From contig CAWKHF010000012.1 of the NCBI GenBank assembly GCA_963849325.1, forward strand, positions 1,088,001 through 1,152,000: a DNA stretch of 64,000 bases, read 5' to 3'. Shown here in pieces: positions 19,428 through 35,195 of this stretch. The stretch comes from an uncultured Planctomycetota bacterium. GTDB taxonomy: Bacteria > Planctomycetota > Planctomycetia > Gemmatales > Gemmataceae. The position numbers and the translations under genes are program-made. Within the stretch, counting starts at the first letter, position 1. Each line of letters begins with the position of its first letter. The notes beneath the pieces are model-generated. The model was not told the DNA's origin and ran no database searches. It saw only the letters and a list, made by a program, of their open reading frames with translations.

Positions 19428-22399
19428 TCTCCCGCGCCTTCGGGGACGAGTCGCAGTTCGGTCGCGCCCACATCGCGGCACTCGCCCGGCCTGACTTGGA
19501 GCGTCGCCTCGGCGGATTTTGTCGTCCGCTCGAATGTCCGCTTGCCGCGGCGGAACCGATAGTTCAAACGTCAATTCCGGGATCAACTCATCGAGCGTGA
19601 ACGCTCCCTTGGCGTCGGTCACGATTTGCTTCGCCGCGTGCAGAGAACTGGTGGATCTCCTGGGCCGCGTGGTGCCGGTACGCAGAATCGACCACGACGC
19701 CAGCCAAAGGTTTGCCCTCGGCATCGAGCAATCGGCCCTTGATCGCTCCCGCCGGTCCGAGCTTCACCACGACCGGCGTGTTTCTCGTCTCCCTTCAAGC
19801 GCCAGTGAGCCGACGAGTTTTTGCTCGGGTTCGAGAGAAGACCATAAGTCGCGGTTTGCGTGCCTCCAGACTGTAAACCGAACAGGAAGCTTCCCGCACC
19901 CACAGAGGGGCGGCAACCAGGATTTGTCGACCGATCGCCGTTACCCAGACGCCGGCGAGCGGCCGGCCCTCGCCATCTTGAATTTTCACCGCCATCAGGA
20001 TGCTTCGGCTCGCTCCAGAACGATGTCCTGTTTGACGTCGGCGACACCCGGCTTGATGTCCAGCACCTTGCAGAAGTTGCCTTGCACGGTCGCGCGGCCG
20101 CCGCCGAAGGCGTCATATTCCACTCGCGAAACCGCCGGGATTGTGGAAATATTGCGGATATTTCGCGTCGGCATCGGCTGTCTATACTTCAATCATCGAG
20201 GAATCCCCGACGCTCTGCCTATCGGAGCTACCCATCAGCAACACCGGGCCAGGGATGGTCACGACTCGAAAGGTGCCGCCGGCTGCCGTGGTGTCATAGG
20301 CGTCGCACTTGCCATGAATGACGGATGCGAAGGGCGGATAATCTTTGACAAAGGGGTTATCGATCAGGACGGCCGCCATCGACGAAGGCCGGGCAGCGAC
20401 TCGCCGGTCGGCTTATCGATCACTTTGCCGGTGACGATCACGCCCTTTCTTCACGGCGAATGTCCGCCGTGACGGAGCGATAGCCGGCCGTGTCGTCGGC
20501 ACAAACCTGGCAGGCCAGGTAGCCCGTGGCCGCATCGCTGGCGACGTCGAGCAGGTACGACTTGGCCTTGCGGGCACCGTGGATTTCATAGCGGCCCTGG
20601 GCATCCGTCTTCGCCTTGGGACCGCGTCCTGGAGCGGTTCGTCCTTGTATTGGGTCCAGGCGGACCACAAGTCCCGGCCAGACCCTTGCCGGTGTCGGCG
20701 TCCTTGACGAAGCCGCGAATCGGTCTTCTCGGCCTCCGCAACGACGGAAAAATCGGGACCGTGCAGACCAGCACGCGGAATGCGATCCGACCGTATCCTT
20801 TCGGGATGTTGTCGTTCCATGACGCCTGGTTATACGGTTTGGGGTCGAAGCCGGCGCGATTAACGATCACAGGCCTGGGTATTGGCGATGCCGGCCCCCT
20901 GAAGGTGGAGTCGGACGGTCCGCTCCGCGCCGATGCCGTGAGAGGGCAAAGCGGCCGTCGGCGTCCGTCGTCGTGCGGCAACAGCGCAGCGGCTCCGGAC
21001 CAGAGCAGTTTTTCGCCCAATCCGGCGTCGCAGATTGCAAGTGGCGTTTCTTCCAGCGCGGCCAGGAAGGAATCGAGCGAGTTATTCGGGTAAACGTTCG
21101 ATGCTCAGGACGGCCACACGCACGCCGCGTCACCGGCTTGCCCTCGGTGTTGACGACCCGGCCGCGAATCACGTTGTCCTTCACCAACCGAAGCTCGACG
21201 GGCTTTCCGGATCCCACCAGCGAGAGCGAAAAAGTCGATGCCGGCGTCATCGGATTGAGCGATGAGTTCAGGCCATAAGCGGTCCTTCACCTCTTTGGGG
21301 ACCGCGACGGTGAAGCGGCCATCTGCCGCCGAGACGCCGAGTTGCTTGATCTTCGCCGTCCTTGTCGAGCAACCAGAGCTTGGCTCCGGCTTTTGGTTGG
21401 CCATCGACTCCGAGAACTCGTCCCTGGACTTGCACGGTCTTGGCCGCCTCGCGCTGGGGCGGTGCGGTCGCCGGCTTCTCGTCTGCCTTGGCGGGCGGTG
21501 TCTCCGCGAACTGGGCCGGCGGAGCGACGGGCCGCTTGTGACTCAGCGCCAAGCCACCAGCGACGGCGACGCTCAACAGACTCACAGCCAGCAAAATCAC
21601 CGCCGCCACCTTCGTCTTACTGACAAACAGACTCGCGCTTGCCGTTTTCACCAGGGCGGCAACGGCCGGCGTCATCGGCGCCGCACGCAGGACACTCCGC
21701 ACTGTCACGCCGGCCAGCGCCGCCGGCACCATCGCCGACGTACTACCCTCGGCGAACAGCGAAGCCGTCAGCGCCGCCAACGGCGTCAGGCCCCGCGCCA
21801 GCAGCCGGCGTCGCAGCAACTCGCGGCCACGTTCCAATCGGCGATGCAGCGTACCCCTGCTCCAACCCAGAAGACGCGCCGCTTCCGGCCGCGTCTTGCC
21901 TTCGAGATAACACAACACCACCGCACAACGCAGGGCGTCCGGCAAGCGCTGCAATTCCTCCGCCACGATCGTTCGCACCTCGCGCCAGGTCGCCTCGGTC
22001 AAGGGGTCCAGCGTGCTTGGCTCCGCGAGTCGAGCGAGGCATCCGGTCTTGTCGCCTCGTCCATGCTTGGCCGCGTCCGCGCGAGCGCGGACGGCCAGGT
22101 GATACGCCACGCGGTACAAGAAGCCGCCCACATCGGTCTGTCGAATGGAGGCGGCCTTGCGGGCGAGGATGAGGAAGGCAGCCTGAAAAGCGTCCTCGGC
22201 ATCCTGTTCGTGGCCGAGCACGCGGCGGCACACGCCGTAGCACCATCGGCCCGTGCCGCCGCACTAACAGGGCGAACATCGTTTCGTCGCGCTGCGCGGC
22301 GAAGCGCTCCAGGAGTTGATGGTCCGTCAGCGCATCAAGGGTATGGCTGGCGACCAACTGTTGCACCTGCCGCAGCAAGTTCGCCGAGGTGGCGGTCAT
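19424..22399 (-). CDS. Membrane-anchored ECF sigma-70 factor with long C-terminal beta-sandwich (carboxypeptidase-regulatory-like) extension; multiple frameshifts
   Basis: TDHQLLERF...LVRRHGPMV, AEDAFQAAFLILARKA, VVLCYLEGKTRPEAARLLGW, a TM segment, then repeated VQGRVLG / IRGRVVNTEGKP / IKGRLLDAEGKPLAG and TDAQGRY motifs across frames; its stop overlaps the DUF1800 ATG (ATGA). Confidence 0.8.
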
Positions 22400-22522
22400 G
22401 TCTTCGCCCTCGCCCAATGATGTCGTTGTCTCCGTACACCATAGAGGCGCGCCGACGCCGGCTGAGCGCCGCCTTTCTCGGCCCCGGCCGTCATCCGCGC
22501 CGCGGGACACCTGGCTGGAGTT

Positions 22523-22903
22523 TCATTTCTCCTTCGGCTTGTCCTCCGGCAACGTCGTCACGACAACACCCACGCCCAGGACTTTTTTCCCGTCGAGCGT
22601 GACCGCCACGAAGGCACCCCTCTTGACGTCCTTGAGACTATCCTTCGCCTTGAGGATCTTCTTCTGGTCCTTGTTGACCATGTAACCGACGGTGGTGTCG
22701 CCGGGAACCTTGAATTCTTTCTTGTTGCCTTCGACGGTGAGAGTAAGGATCTCCTCCTTGTAGGACTCGAAGGTGCCCACGACCGTCGTGAACTTCGGTT
22801 CCTTGGCATCCTTCTTGTCTGATTCCTTCTTGTCCTGGGCTGCCAGGGCCAGGCTGGACAGGAACAATCCGACAACCAAAATACTGGCGAAATGGCGAAG
22901 CAT
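22523..22903 (-). CDS. Hypothetical Lys-rich secreted protein
   Basis: Signal peptide ending SLALA-A; GAAGGAG RBS. Confidence 0.75.
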   Translation of the reverse strand: MLRHFASILVVGLFLSSLALAAQDKKESDKKDAKEPKFTTVVGTFESYKEEILTLTVEGNKKEFKVPGDTTVGYMVNKDQKKILKAKDSLKDVKRGAFVAVTLDGKKVLGVGVVVTTLPEDKPKEK

Positions 22904-23182
22904 ACGACGCTCCTTCCCGTTGAAGATCCCTGAATATCGCTCCGGATACCGCGCCGGAGCCTACAGACAATATAAGCGAAAAGTGGTCCCTCCATCACAT
23001 GAGTAAGTCGCCCCTTCTTCTCCTTGGGGCACCTGCCAATTTGCCTCCCGCGCAGGTCGCTGACTGTCATCTCCGCAGTGTCGAACGCCTATCCACTCCA
23101 TCTGTCTCCGTTGTCCTCCAGCAGTCTTGCGGCAACCATTTGCATATTCAGTGTTTACGGCGTGTCCCCGGAGCATGGACGA

Positions 23183-23199
23183 TTGGCACTCCACTTGCT
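23183..23199 (+). promoter_or_regulatory. Sigma-54 (-24/-12) promoter upstream of clpB
   Basis: TTGGCAC-TCCAC-TTGCT matches TGGCAC-N5-TTGCW with exact GG-N10-GC spacing, about 100 bp before the clpB ATG. Confidence 0.7.
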
Positions 23200-23298
23200 C
23201 TTACTTCAGCCGTCCGTGTCGCTTTCTTTCCTCACTTCCAAATTCGAGTAAGAGGCCGCGGAGCAATCGAACTTGCGAGCCTCGGGCCGGAGGGTTGG

Positions 23299-25913
<2,615 letters not shown>

Positions 25914-25918
25914 TGCCC

Positions 25919-25996
25919 CTTTGTAGCGGTGAGCCGAGCTTGCGAGGCCCACCACGCTCCCTGGTGGGCCTCGCAAGCTCGGCCCACCCTACAAAG
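25919..25996. repeat. GTAG-tagged REP doublet (REPIN-like)
   Basis: GTAGCGGTGAGCCGAGCTTGCGAGGCCCACC...GGTGGGCCTCGCAAGCTCGGCCCACCCTAC. Confidence 0.8.
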
Positions 25997-26024
25997 CGGC
26001 GGCCCCGAATAAAGGACGACAGCG

Positions 26025-26390
26025 ATGTCCGACGATTTCATCCGCATCATGCACGCCTTGTTTCTGCCGGCGGCGGAGTCGTGCCACGATTCGCCCTGGT
26101 GCCCCGCCGCCGACGTGTATCGCGGACGCCACGGCTGGCTCGTCAAGTTCGAGCTGGCCGGCGTCCGCCCCGAGGACATGGAGCTGACCGTGCGCGGCCG
26201 TCGCCTGACGCTGCGCGGCGTCCGCCGCGACTGCACCGCCCTGGAAGGCTGCCACTACTACCAGATGGAGATCGCTTACAGTCATTTCGAGCGCAGCCTG
26301 GAGCTGCCCTGCGACCTGGAACGGGCCGACATCACCACCGACTACCGCGATGGCATGTTGCTCGTTCGCATCCCCGATGGAGGCGACTTC

Positions 26391-26394
<4 letters not shown>
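26025..26394 (+). CDS. Hsp20/alpha-crystallin small heat-shock protein
   Basis: WCPAADVY, ELAGVRPEDM, LTLRGVR, EIAYSHFERSLELP, YRDGMLLVRIP; probable TGA at 26392 after correcting one extra C. Confidence 0.88.
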
Positions 26395-28811
<2,417 letters not shown>

Positions 28812-28852
28812 AGCACCGGATCGCCCTTGCTTTTTGCCCTTCGAGGTATCCG

Positions 28853-30061
28853 ATGGCGTTCGACGACGAGTACACTTGGCCGCGCTCGCAGCCGTCGCAG
28901 TACGGCCAACCGGCCGCAGCGCCCACGCCGTTCCTCCTCGCCCTGGCTGCCGCCGCTCTTGACGGTGCTGGTCCTGTGCGGTCTGCTCATCCTCGGCACA
29001 CTGCTGTGGAGCGAGTACCGCGCCCACAAAGCGGCCCAGGACCGCAATCTCTTCGGCGTCCCGCGTCAGGTCGACGCCGCGCGGCGAGCTATCGCGAGCT
29101 CGAAAAAACCAACATCGACATTTACAAGCAAACCAAGCCGTCGGTGGTCCACATCACCTCGCTGACCGTGCAGCGCGACGACTGGAGCCTCAACGTCCAG
29201 GAAGTGCCGGAGGGCACCGGCTCCGGCTTCGTCTGGGACAAGGGCGGCCACGTCGTCACCAACTTTCACGTCATCAAGGGCGCCGACGGCGCCCAGGTGA
29301 CGCTGGCCGATCACACCACCTGGCGGGCGACGCTCGTCGGCGCCGCCCCCGACAAGGACCTGGCCGTGCTGCACATCGACGCTCCCAAGGACAAGCTGGC
29401 GCCCATCCCGATCGGCAAGTCGTCGGACCTGCAGGTCGGCCAGATGGCCTACGCCATCGGCAATCCGTTCGGACTCGACCTGACGCTGACGACCGGCGTC
29501 GTCAGCGCCCTGGGCCGGGAGATCCAGTCGGTGACGAAGCGGACGATCAAGAACGTGATCCAGACCGACGCCGCCATCAACCCCGGCAACTCCGGCGGCC
29601 CGCTGCTGGACAGCGCCGGCCGGCTCATCGGCGTCAACACGGCCATCTACAGCCCCTCCGGCAGCAACGCCGGCATCGGCTTCGCCATCCCGGTGGACGA
29701 GGTCAACCGCGTGGTGCCGCAGCTCATCAAGAATGGCAAGGTCGAGCGCCCCGGCCTCGGCGTACAGGTCGCTCACGATCAGCTGGCCCACGAGCTGGGC
29801 GTGCGGAAGGGGGCGTTGCTGGTGCGGACCTTCCGCAACGGCCCGGCGGCAAAGGCCGGCCTGCGGCCGACGCGGCGCGACGACGATGGCGACATCCGCC
29901 TCGGCGACGTCATCCTCGCCGTCGATGACAAGCCAGTCGAGAAGGCCAACGAACTGTTCGATGTGTTGGAGACCTACAAGATCGGCGATACGGTGAAGCT
30001 GACCATCCTCCGCGAGGACGAACAGATGCAGGTGAAAGCGACGCTTGGGGCCGTGGATTGA
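28853..30061 (+). CDS. HtrA/DegP-family serine protease with N-terminal TM and PDZ domain (indels between about 28925 and 29090)
   Basis: [45 protein letters not shown]. Confidence 0.92.
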   Translation: MAFDDEYTWPRSQPSQYGQPAAAPTPFLLALAAAALDGAGPVRSAHPRHTAVERVPRPQSGPGPQSLRRPASGRRRAASYRELEKTNIDIYKQTKPSVVHITSLTVQRDDWSLNVQEVPEGTGSGFVWDKGGHVVTNFHVIKGADGAQVTLADHTTWRATLVGAAPDKDLAVLHIDAPKDKLAPIPIGKSSDLQVGQMAYAIGNPFGLDLTLTTGVVSALGREIQSVTKRTIKNVIQTDAAINPGNSGGPLLDSAGRLIGVNTAIYSPSGSNAGIGFAIPVDEVNRVVPQLIKNGKVERPGLGVQVAHDQLAHELGVRKGALLVRTFRNGPAAKAGLRPTRRDDDGDIRLGDVILAVDDKPVEKANELFDVLETYKIGDTVKLTILREDEQMQVKATLGAVD

Positions 30062-30110
30062 CGGCTGTTTTTCCACCACTCTATTACGCCGACACGAATA
30101 AAAATCATCT

Positions 30111-30166
30111 ACTAGCCCGGAGCGCCAGCGACGGGTGTTCACCCGTCGCTGGCGCTCCGGGCTAGT
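30111..30166. repeat. REP-like palindrome, family C, between convergent genes
   Basis: ACTAGCCCGGAGCGCCAGCGACGGGTG-TT-CACCCGTCGCTGGCGCTCCGGGCTAGT, a perfect hairpin. Confidence 0.85.
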
Positions 30167-30204
30167 CAAGGTCCGTTCGTGCCTGGCATGAGCAGGGGTC
30201 CGCC

Positions 30205-31554
30205 TCAGGGGAGTGATTTCCGCCACTCGACCGCCAGCTTCGTCAACCGCCGCACGAGGTCGGGTTTGTCGCTTGCGCGGTCGTTCTTCTCCGTTGGGTC
30301 AGCCGCCAGGTTGTACAGCTCGGCCCCGGTCCCATCGGCGTTCACCAGCAGTTTCCAGTCCCCCTCCCGCACGGCCACGTTCGGGCTTCGATCCGCGGCC
30401 TTGGGGTAGGCAAAGGCCGTGGCATTCCGGCCGTACTCCCAGAACAGCGGCTTCGACCTCCGGAGGGTCTTCCCGGAAAGTGCTGGGCTCAGGTCTTCTC
30501 CATCGGCGACATATCCTCGGGGGAGGTCAGTCCGGCACAGTTTACACAAGGTCGGCAACAGGTCCACGGCCGCCAGCACCGTGCTCTCGTTCGTGATCCC
30601 GGACGGCACGATTCCCGGACCCCAGGCGAGGAACGGCAGCCGGAGGCCGCCTTCATAGAGGCTCAGCTTGCTGCCTCGCAGACCGGCCGTCCGTCGCCGA
30701 TCAAACGTCGGCAAGGGACCATTATCGGAAAGGAACAAGACGAGCGTCGGTCGATCCGCCTTGCGGCCGCGCACCGCGTCGAGCAGCCGGCCGACCTGCC
30801 GGTCCATTTCTGTCAGCACTTTCGATAGCCGCTCGGGAGTGTCTCCCTTGCCGACGGCTCGGCCACCTTTCCCGACACGCTGGTCGGCCGCCGACGGCAC
30901 CCAGGGCGTGTGCGGATCATCCAGCCACAGGTTCACGAAACAGGGGGCGTCCGAACGGTCGTTCAAAACCTGGAGGACGCGGTCCACCATCCAGCCGGTT
31001 CGGTCCCAGCGCTTCACCTTATCGTTGGCGGACCAGATCCAGTCCGTGGCGGTCAGGTCCTGGTGTGGCTCCGGGCTTTCCCAGGTACCGATACCGCGGT
31101 CGTAGCCGTAGGCGGCGAAGCGGGGCGGATCGACCACATCCCGGCCGCCGCCCAGGTGCCACTTGCCGATGTGGATGGTCCGGTATCCAGCCGCCTTCAG
31201 GATCCGTGGCAGAGAGGGAGCGCGCGGATCGAGAAAATCGGCCTGGCCACAGGCGCGGTTGCCGGCGCGGGTCTGGAGGAAGCTGGTAATCTTCCACCGG
31301 CCCGGGTATTGGCCGGTGAGCAGCCCGCACCGGGACGGCGAGCAGATCGGGGCGGCGGCGTAGTACTGGGTGAACCGCACTCCCTCCCGCGCCATCCGGT
31401 CGAGGTGCGGAGTGGGCGTGGGACCGCCGTAGCTGGACAGGTCTCCCGGCCCGAGGTCGTCGGCGAGGACAAGCACGACGTTCGGCCTCTCGGCCGCGAA
31501 GGCGGGCAACGAGAGCAAGAACGTCTCGGCAAGGACCAGCAGGAAGCGGCTCAC
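30205..31554 (-). CDS. Cys-type (formylglycine-dependent) sulfatase, secreted
   Basis: Signal peptide, PNVVLVLADDLG, CSPSRCGLLTG, GKWHLG, SDNG, KLSLYEGG. Confidence 0.93.
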   Translation of the reverse strand: MSRFLLVLAETFLLSLPAFAAERPNVVLVLADDLGPGDLSSYGGPTPTPHLDRMAREGVRFTQYYAAAPICSPSRCGLLTGQYPGRWKITSFLQTRAGNRACGQADFLDPRAPSLPRILKAAGYRTIHIGKWHLGGGRDVVDPPRFAAYGYDRGIGTWESPEPHQDLTATDWIWSANDKVKRWDRTGWMVDRVLQVLNDRSDAPCFVNLWLDDPHTPWVPSAADQRVGKGGRAVGKGDTPERLSKVLTEMDRQVGRLLDAVRGRKADRPTLVLFLSDNGPLPTFDRRRTAGLRGSKLSLYEGGLRLPFLAWGPGIVPSGITNESTVLAAVDLLPTLCKLCRTDLPRGYVADGEDLSPALSGKTLRRSKPLFWEYGRNATAFAYPKAADRSPNVAVREGDWKLLVNADGTGAELYNLAADPTEKNDRASDKPDLVRRLTKLAVEWRKSLP

Positions 31555-32942
31555 TTCTTCTCCTTCCTCGGTCGAGGATCCGGCAACGCACGCTCGGTCT
31601 TCAATCCCTCATCTCCCTGCGCTTTCATCCAGGCGTCCAGCTCGGCCCGCAGGCCGCGGAGCGTCTTTGCCCGGGCGAGGTCGGCGGCGAGGTTTTTCAA
31701 TTCCCACGGATCGGCCGTCAGGTCATACAGTTCCTCGGCCGGGCGAGTGTGATAGCGGCGGATGAGGGCGGCCGCCGCCGGGTCCGTCTTCGCCTTGTCG
31801 ATCCAGGAGTTCCAGTAGTCGCGTCCATCGGCCGCGATGCCCTTATCAATGTGGGTGTGGTGTTCGGCAGCCGGGTCGAGATTGCGGATGTACTTCCATC
31901 GGCGGGTCCGCACCGCTCGGATGGGATAGCGGTTCATGTCTCCGTCCCCGCTGTGCGTCAGAAAGACCTTGTCCCGATGAGCCGTCTTCTCGTCCCGAAG
32001 GATGGGAAGAAACGACCGTCCGCCCAACGGGCCGGCTTTTGGTTCCGTTGGCGGAGTGCCGCCGGCCGCTTCCAGGCAGGTCGGCAGCAGGTCGATCCAG
32101 CTTACCAGCGCGTCCGACGTGGCCGTCGGCTTGACGTGGCCGGGCCAGACCACGATCAGCGGGGTGCGGACCCCCGCGTCATAGCAGTTCCACTTGCCGA
32201 ACGGGAACTGGGCCCCGTGATCGCTGGTGAACACGAACAAGGTATCCTTACCGAGGTGTTGACGAACCGCGGCATACACCTGTCCCAGGTCTCGGTCGGC
32301 GTTGGCGACGGCGGCCATGTACCGGGCCCAGGCGCGGTGGGTGGCCGGGGTGTCGAGGAGGTTCGGCGGCAGGGTCCGCGCGTCCGGGTCGAGGAGTCCG
32401 TCCTTGGGCCAGGGGACGTGGGGCCAGTTGGTTCCCACCAGCAAGCACAGAGGTTTGCCCGACCGCCGCTCGGCCAGCCATTTCACCGCGGCCGTAATGC
32501 ACTCATCCTCATGGTAATGGAAGTGGCTGGCATGGTTGAAACCGTAGTCCTTGACCTGGGCATAGTGAGCCACTTTGCCGATGGCGGCCACCTCATAGCC
32601 GCGTTCCTGAAAGTAGGCAGGCCACTTTTTGATGTCGGCCCGGGGCCGGCTGTGATTGAGCATGGCCCCGTTGCGGAGAGGCTCTCGTCCCGTAAGCAGG
32701 GCGGCGCGGCTCGGCGCACAGGACGGCGAGGCCACGAACGCCTGGCGGAAGGTCATCCCTTCGGCCGCCAGACGGTCCACGTTCGGCGTGCGCCCGCCTT
32801 TACCCCCATGCGGCGAGCACTCCCCCCAGCCAAGGTCGTCGGCCAAGAACACGACAATGTTCGGACTCGCCAAGTTCTCCGCTCGGGCCTGGCCGGCCGC
32901 GAGCAAGACGATGACGACGCGTAACAGGCTACTCCACTGCAC
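31551..32942 (-). CDS. Cys-type sulfatase (N-sulfoglucosamine sulfohydrolase-like), secreted
   Basis: PNIVVFLADDLG, CAPSRAALLTG, SDHGAQFPFGKWNCYDAG, EELYDL. Confidence 0.9.
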   Translation of the reverse strand: MQWSSLLRVVIVLLAAGQARAENLASPNIVVFLADDLGWGECSPHGGKGGRTPNVDRLAAEGMTFRQAFVASPSCAPSRAALLTGREPLRNGAMLNHSRPRADIKKWPAYFQERGYEVAAIGKVAHYAQVKDYGFNHASHFHYHEDECITAAVKWLAERRSGKPLCLLVGTNWPHVPWPKDGLLDPDARTLPPNLLDTPATHRAWARYMAAVANADRDLGQVYAAVRQHLGKDTLFVFTSDHGAQFPFGKWNCYDAGVRTPLIVVWPGHVKPTATSDALVSWIDLLPTCLEAAGGTPPTEPKAGPLGGRSFLPILRDEKTAHRDKVFLTHSGDGDMNRYPIRAVRTRRWKYIRNLDPAAEHHTHIDKGIAADGRDYWNSWIDKAKTDPAAAALIRRYHTRPAEELYDLTADPWELKNLAADLARAKTLRGLRAELDAWMKAQGDEGLKTERALPDPRPRKEKK

Positions 32943-33044
32943 AGCGGTTTTCCTCCTCGTCTCTCCCCTCCCGACTTGCCTCCGTTTCGCCGAACGAGTT
33001 GGATCCGTGATACCTGTCGCGGACGCTCCGGGCTTGTCGCCTAC

Positions 33045-33923
33045 TTACTCCTCAATGCGCCGGGCGTAAAACCCTGCTTCGCGCTCCTGCAAGCGCGACG
33101 TACCCGTCAGAATTTGTCCGTCGCCGGTGAACAGCCAGCCCTGGAAGCTCTGCTCCGCGCGCGGGAACTTGACCGTGAACTGAATCGAATACTTCGGCAC
33201 GCCGATCTTGCCGCGCACCTCGTATTTGGAACCATCCTTGTCCGAATAGTACGAGCCGCTGACCGAGCCGTCGTCCTCGACCTTGAGCGTCAGACTGCCG
33301 GAGCGCCGGCCATCGTCGTAGAGTTTGTAAGTGCCGTTGAAGTAACGCGGCTCGAACGTGTCGCCCATCACCAACTTCGCTCCCTTCTTCGGCACCACGT
33401 CCGGCAGCGCCTTGGTGACGAGGTACAGCTTGGCCTTGCCCAGCGGTTCGGTGTGGACCTTGCCTCCCTCGGCGACGAAGCGCAAGTCGCCGCCCAGTTC
33501 CTCGGGCACGATTTGCCCCAGATCGAGGCTGAGACGGAAGCCGGGAAAGAGCGACACGTTCTTGCCGGCGGCCTGCACGGCGCGTTCCTCGCCTTCCTTG
33601 TAGGTTACATAGCGTTCGACGAGCAGCATCGGCACGCTGCGCTCGGCGTCGATCTTTTGCCGCGCCACCTGCACGAGCAGCTTGGCGTAACGCCCCGTGT
33701 TGGTCTGGACCACGAGGAACGCGGCCGAGGTGCGCGGCAGGACGCGATCGTTCTCGACGATCATCGTCGTCGTCAGCTGCTTGACCTCCTTCGTCTCTTT
33801 GGCCTCGACGGCGCGAGCGAGGACCGGATTGACGTAATGATCGAAGACGTCCGCCGACAGGCCCGGCCGCGCCAGCAAGAGAGCGATCGAGAATGCCACG
33901 AGGAATCGAGTGGGAGAGTACAT
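33045..33923 (-). CDS. Hypothetical secreted protein
   Basis: ATG after a CAGGAG RBS; signal peptide MYSPTRFLVAFSIALLLA; uninterrupted ORF. Confidence 0.75.
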   Translation of the reverse strand: MYSPTRFLVAFSIALLLARPGLSADVFDHYVNPVLARAVEAKETKEVKQLTTTMIVENDRVLPRTSAAFLVVQTNTGRYAKLLVQVARQKIDAERSVPMLLVERYVTYKEGEERAVQAAGKNVSLFPGFRLSLDLGQIVPEELGGDLRFVAEGGKVHTEPLGKAKLYLVTKALPDVVPKKGAKLVMGDTFEPRYFNGTYKLYDDGRRSGSLTLKVEDDGSVSGSYYSDKDGSKYEVRGKIGVPKYSIQFTVKFPRAEQSFQGWLFTGDGQILTGTSRLQEREAGFYARRIEE

Positions 33924-33979
33924 GGGAACTCCTGAGATCGAGAAGGGTTTCGCCGCTCTCCGGAGCGCGGTGAAACTTA

Positions 33980-35089
33980 CTATTTCGGCGGTGTCGTGTA
34001 GCTCAGCGCCAGCAACGCGAACGCCGTCGCCAAGTTCGGGTCCGCCTCGCCGAACGCCTTGTCCCCCTTGTTGAGGAAACTGCCGTTGTCCTGCTGGCGC
34101 TTCCGGATCGCCTCGAACAGCTCGCGCCGCCAATCGTGCTTCTGGCCCTTGGCGTCCTCAAAGCGGTCCTCGCCCAGCGCCGACATGGCCTTGCCGAAGG
34201 TGTGGTAGTAGTAGTACAGGCCCGCTTGACCCATGCCGGGGTTCTCGTCGAGCGTGTAATGGCGGCGAATCCAGTTGACGGCGCCCTGGACGCGCGGATC
34301 GTCCTTGCCGACGCCGGCGTAAAGGAAACTTTTGAGACCGCCATAGGTCATCGCCCCCAGCGAGCGCAGGCCGCCCTCCGGCGTCTGGTGCCGTTTGTCG
34401 TCGGGGTCGGGAACGTACACCAAGCCGCCTTTGTCGTCCGCCGTCGTCTTCTTGGCGAAGGGCTGGTCGTTGGTCTCGCCGGGTAGGTTCTGGCAGCGGC
34501 TGACGAACTTCAGCGCTCGTCGGAGGGCGGGGTCGTCCTTGGACACGCCGGCCGCGACGAGCGCGTCGATGAAATACTGCGTGTTCGACAGATCGGGACG
34601 GCTCTTGTCGTCGTAACCGACGCCGCCGAACTGGACGTCCTTGTCGTCGCCCACGTGTTGCAGCTTTTTGAGGAAGGCGCCGGCGTTCTTGATGACGGCA
34701 TCGTACTTGCCGTTCTGGTTGGCCTCGTGCAGGGCCATGACGGCGACGCTGGTGGTGTAATTGGCCAGCCCCTTGTCGTAGATGCCGCCGTCCTTCTTGA
34801 CGCTCTTTTCGAGGTAGGCGAGTCCGCGCGCCACCACCGGGTCATCGATGCGGAAGCCGCAGCGCAACATACCGGCGACGACGACGGCGGTCACGCCCGG
34901 CCCGGCGACGCGGGGCGAGAAGCTGCCGTCCGCCCCCTGATGTGATTTCAGGTAATCTGCCGTCTTTTCCAGCACTTCCTTGAGCTGCTGTGAATCGACG
35001 CCGGCGTCGTCCGCCGCGCGGGCGATTCGCACCGGGGAACCGAACACGACGGCCGCCAATACGGCGGCGACGCAGAAACGTCTGGTCAC
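33980..35089 (-). CDS. Prenyltransferase/squalene-oxidase repeat (alpha/alpha toroid) protein, secreted
   Basis: Repeats YLKSHQGADGSF, FVSRCQ, RKRQQDNGSF, DLSNTQY; GTG start after AAGGAG. Confidence 0.8.
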   Translation of the reverse strand: MTRRFCVAAVLAAVVFGSPVRIARAADDAGVDSQQLKEVLEKTADYLKSHQGADGSFSPRVAGPGVTAVVVAGMLRCGFRIDDPVVARGLAYLEKSVKKDGGIYDKGLANYTTSVAVMALHEANQNGKYDAVIKNAGAFLKKLQHVGDDKDVQFGGVGYDDKSRPDLSNTQYFIDALVAAGVSKDDPALRRALKFVSRCQNLPGETNDQPFAKKTTADDKGGLVYVPDPDDKRHQTPEGGLRSLGAMTYGGLKSFLYAGVGKDDPRVQGAVNWIRRHYTLDENPGMGQAGLYYYYHTFGKAMSALGEDRFEDAKGQKHDWRRELFEAIRKRQQDNGSFLNKGDKAFGEADPNLATAFALLALSYTTPPK

Positions 35090-35195
35090 GGGTCGCTCCT
35101 TGGGGTTAGAGAGACCATCAGCGGATTGGACGAGTCCCACGCCCCGCGCGTTCCACTGATGTTTCCAAAGCCATTCGCACTCCGCTCCTGGACAA

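Noticed and set aside
23183-23209. CIRCE (HrcA) operator before clpB
   Set aside because: TTGGCACTC matches the left arm, but the right arm GAGTGCTAA is absent; the sigma-54 pattern fits fully.
33980-35089. Squalene-hopene or oxidosqualene cyclase
   Set aside because: About 370 aa with a signal peptide and no recognisable cyclase catalytic motif; only the repeat fold is shared.
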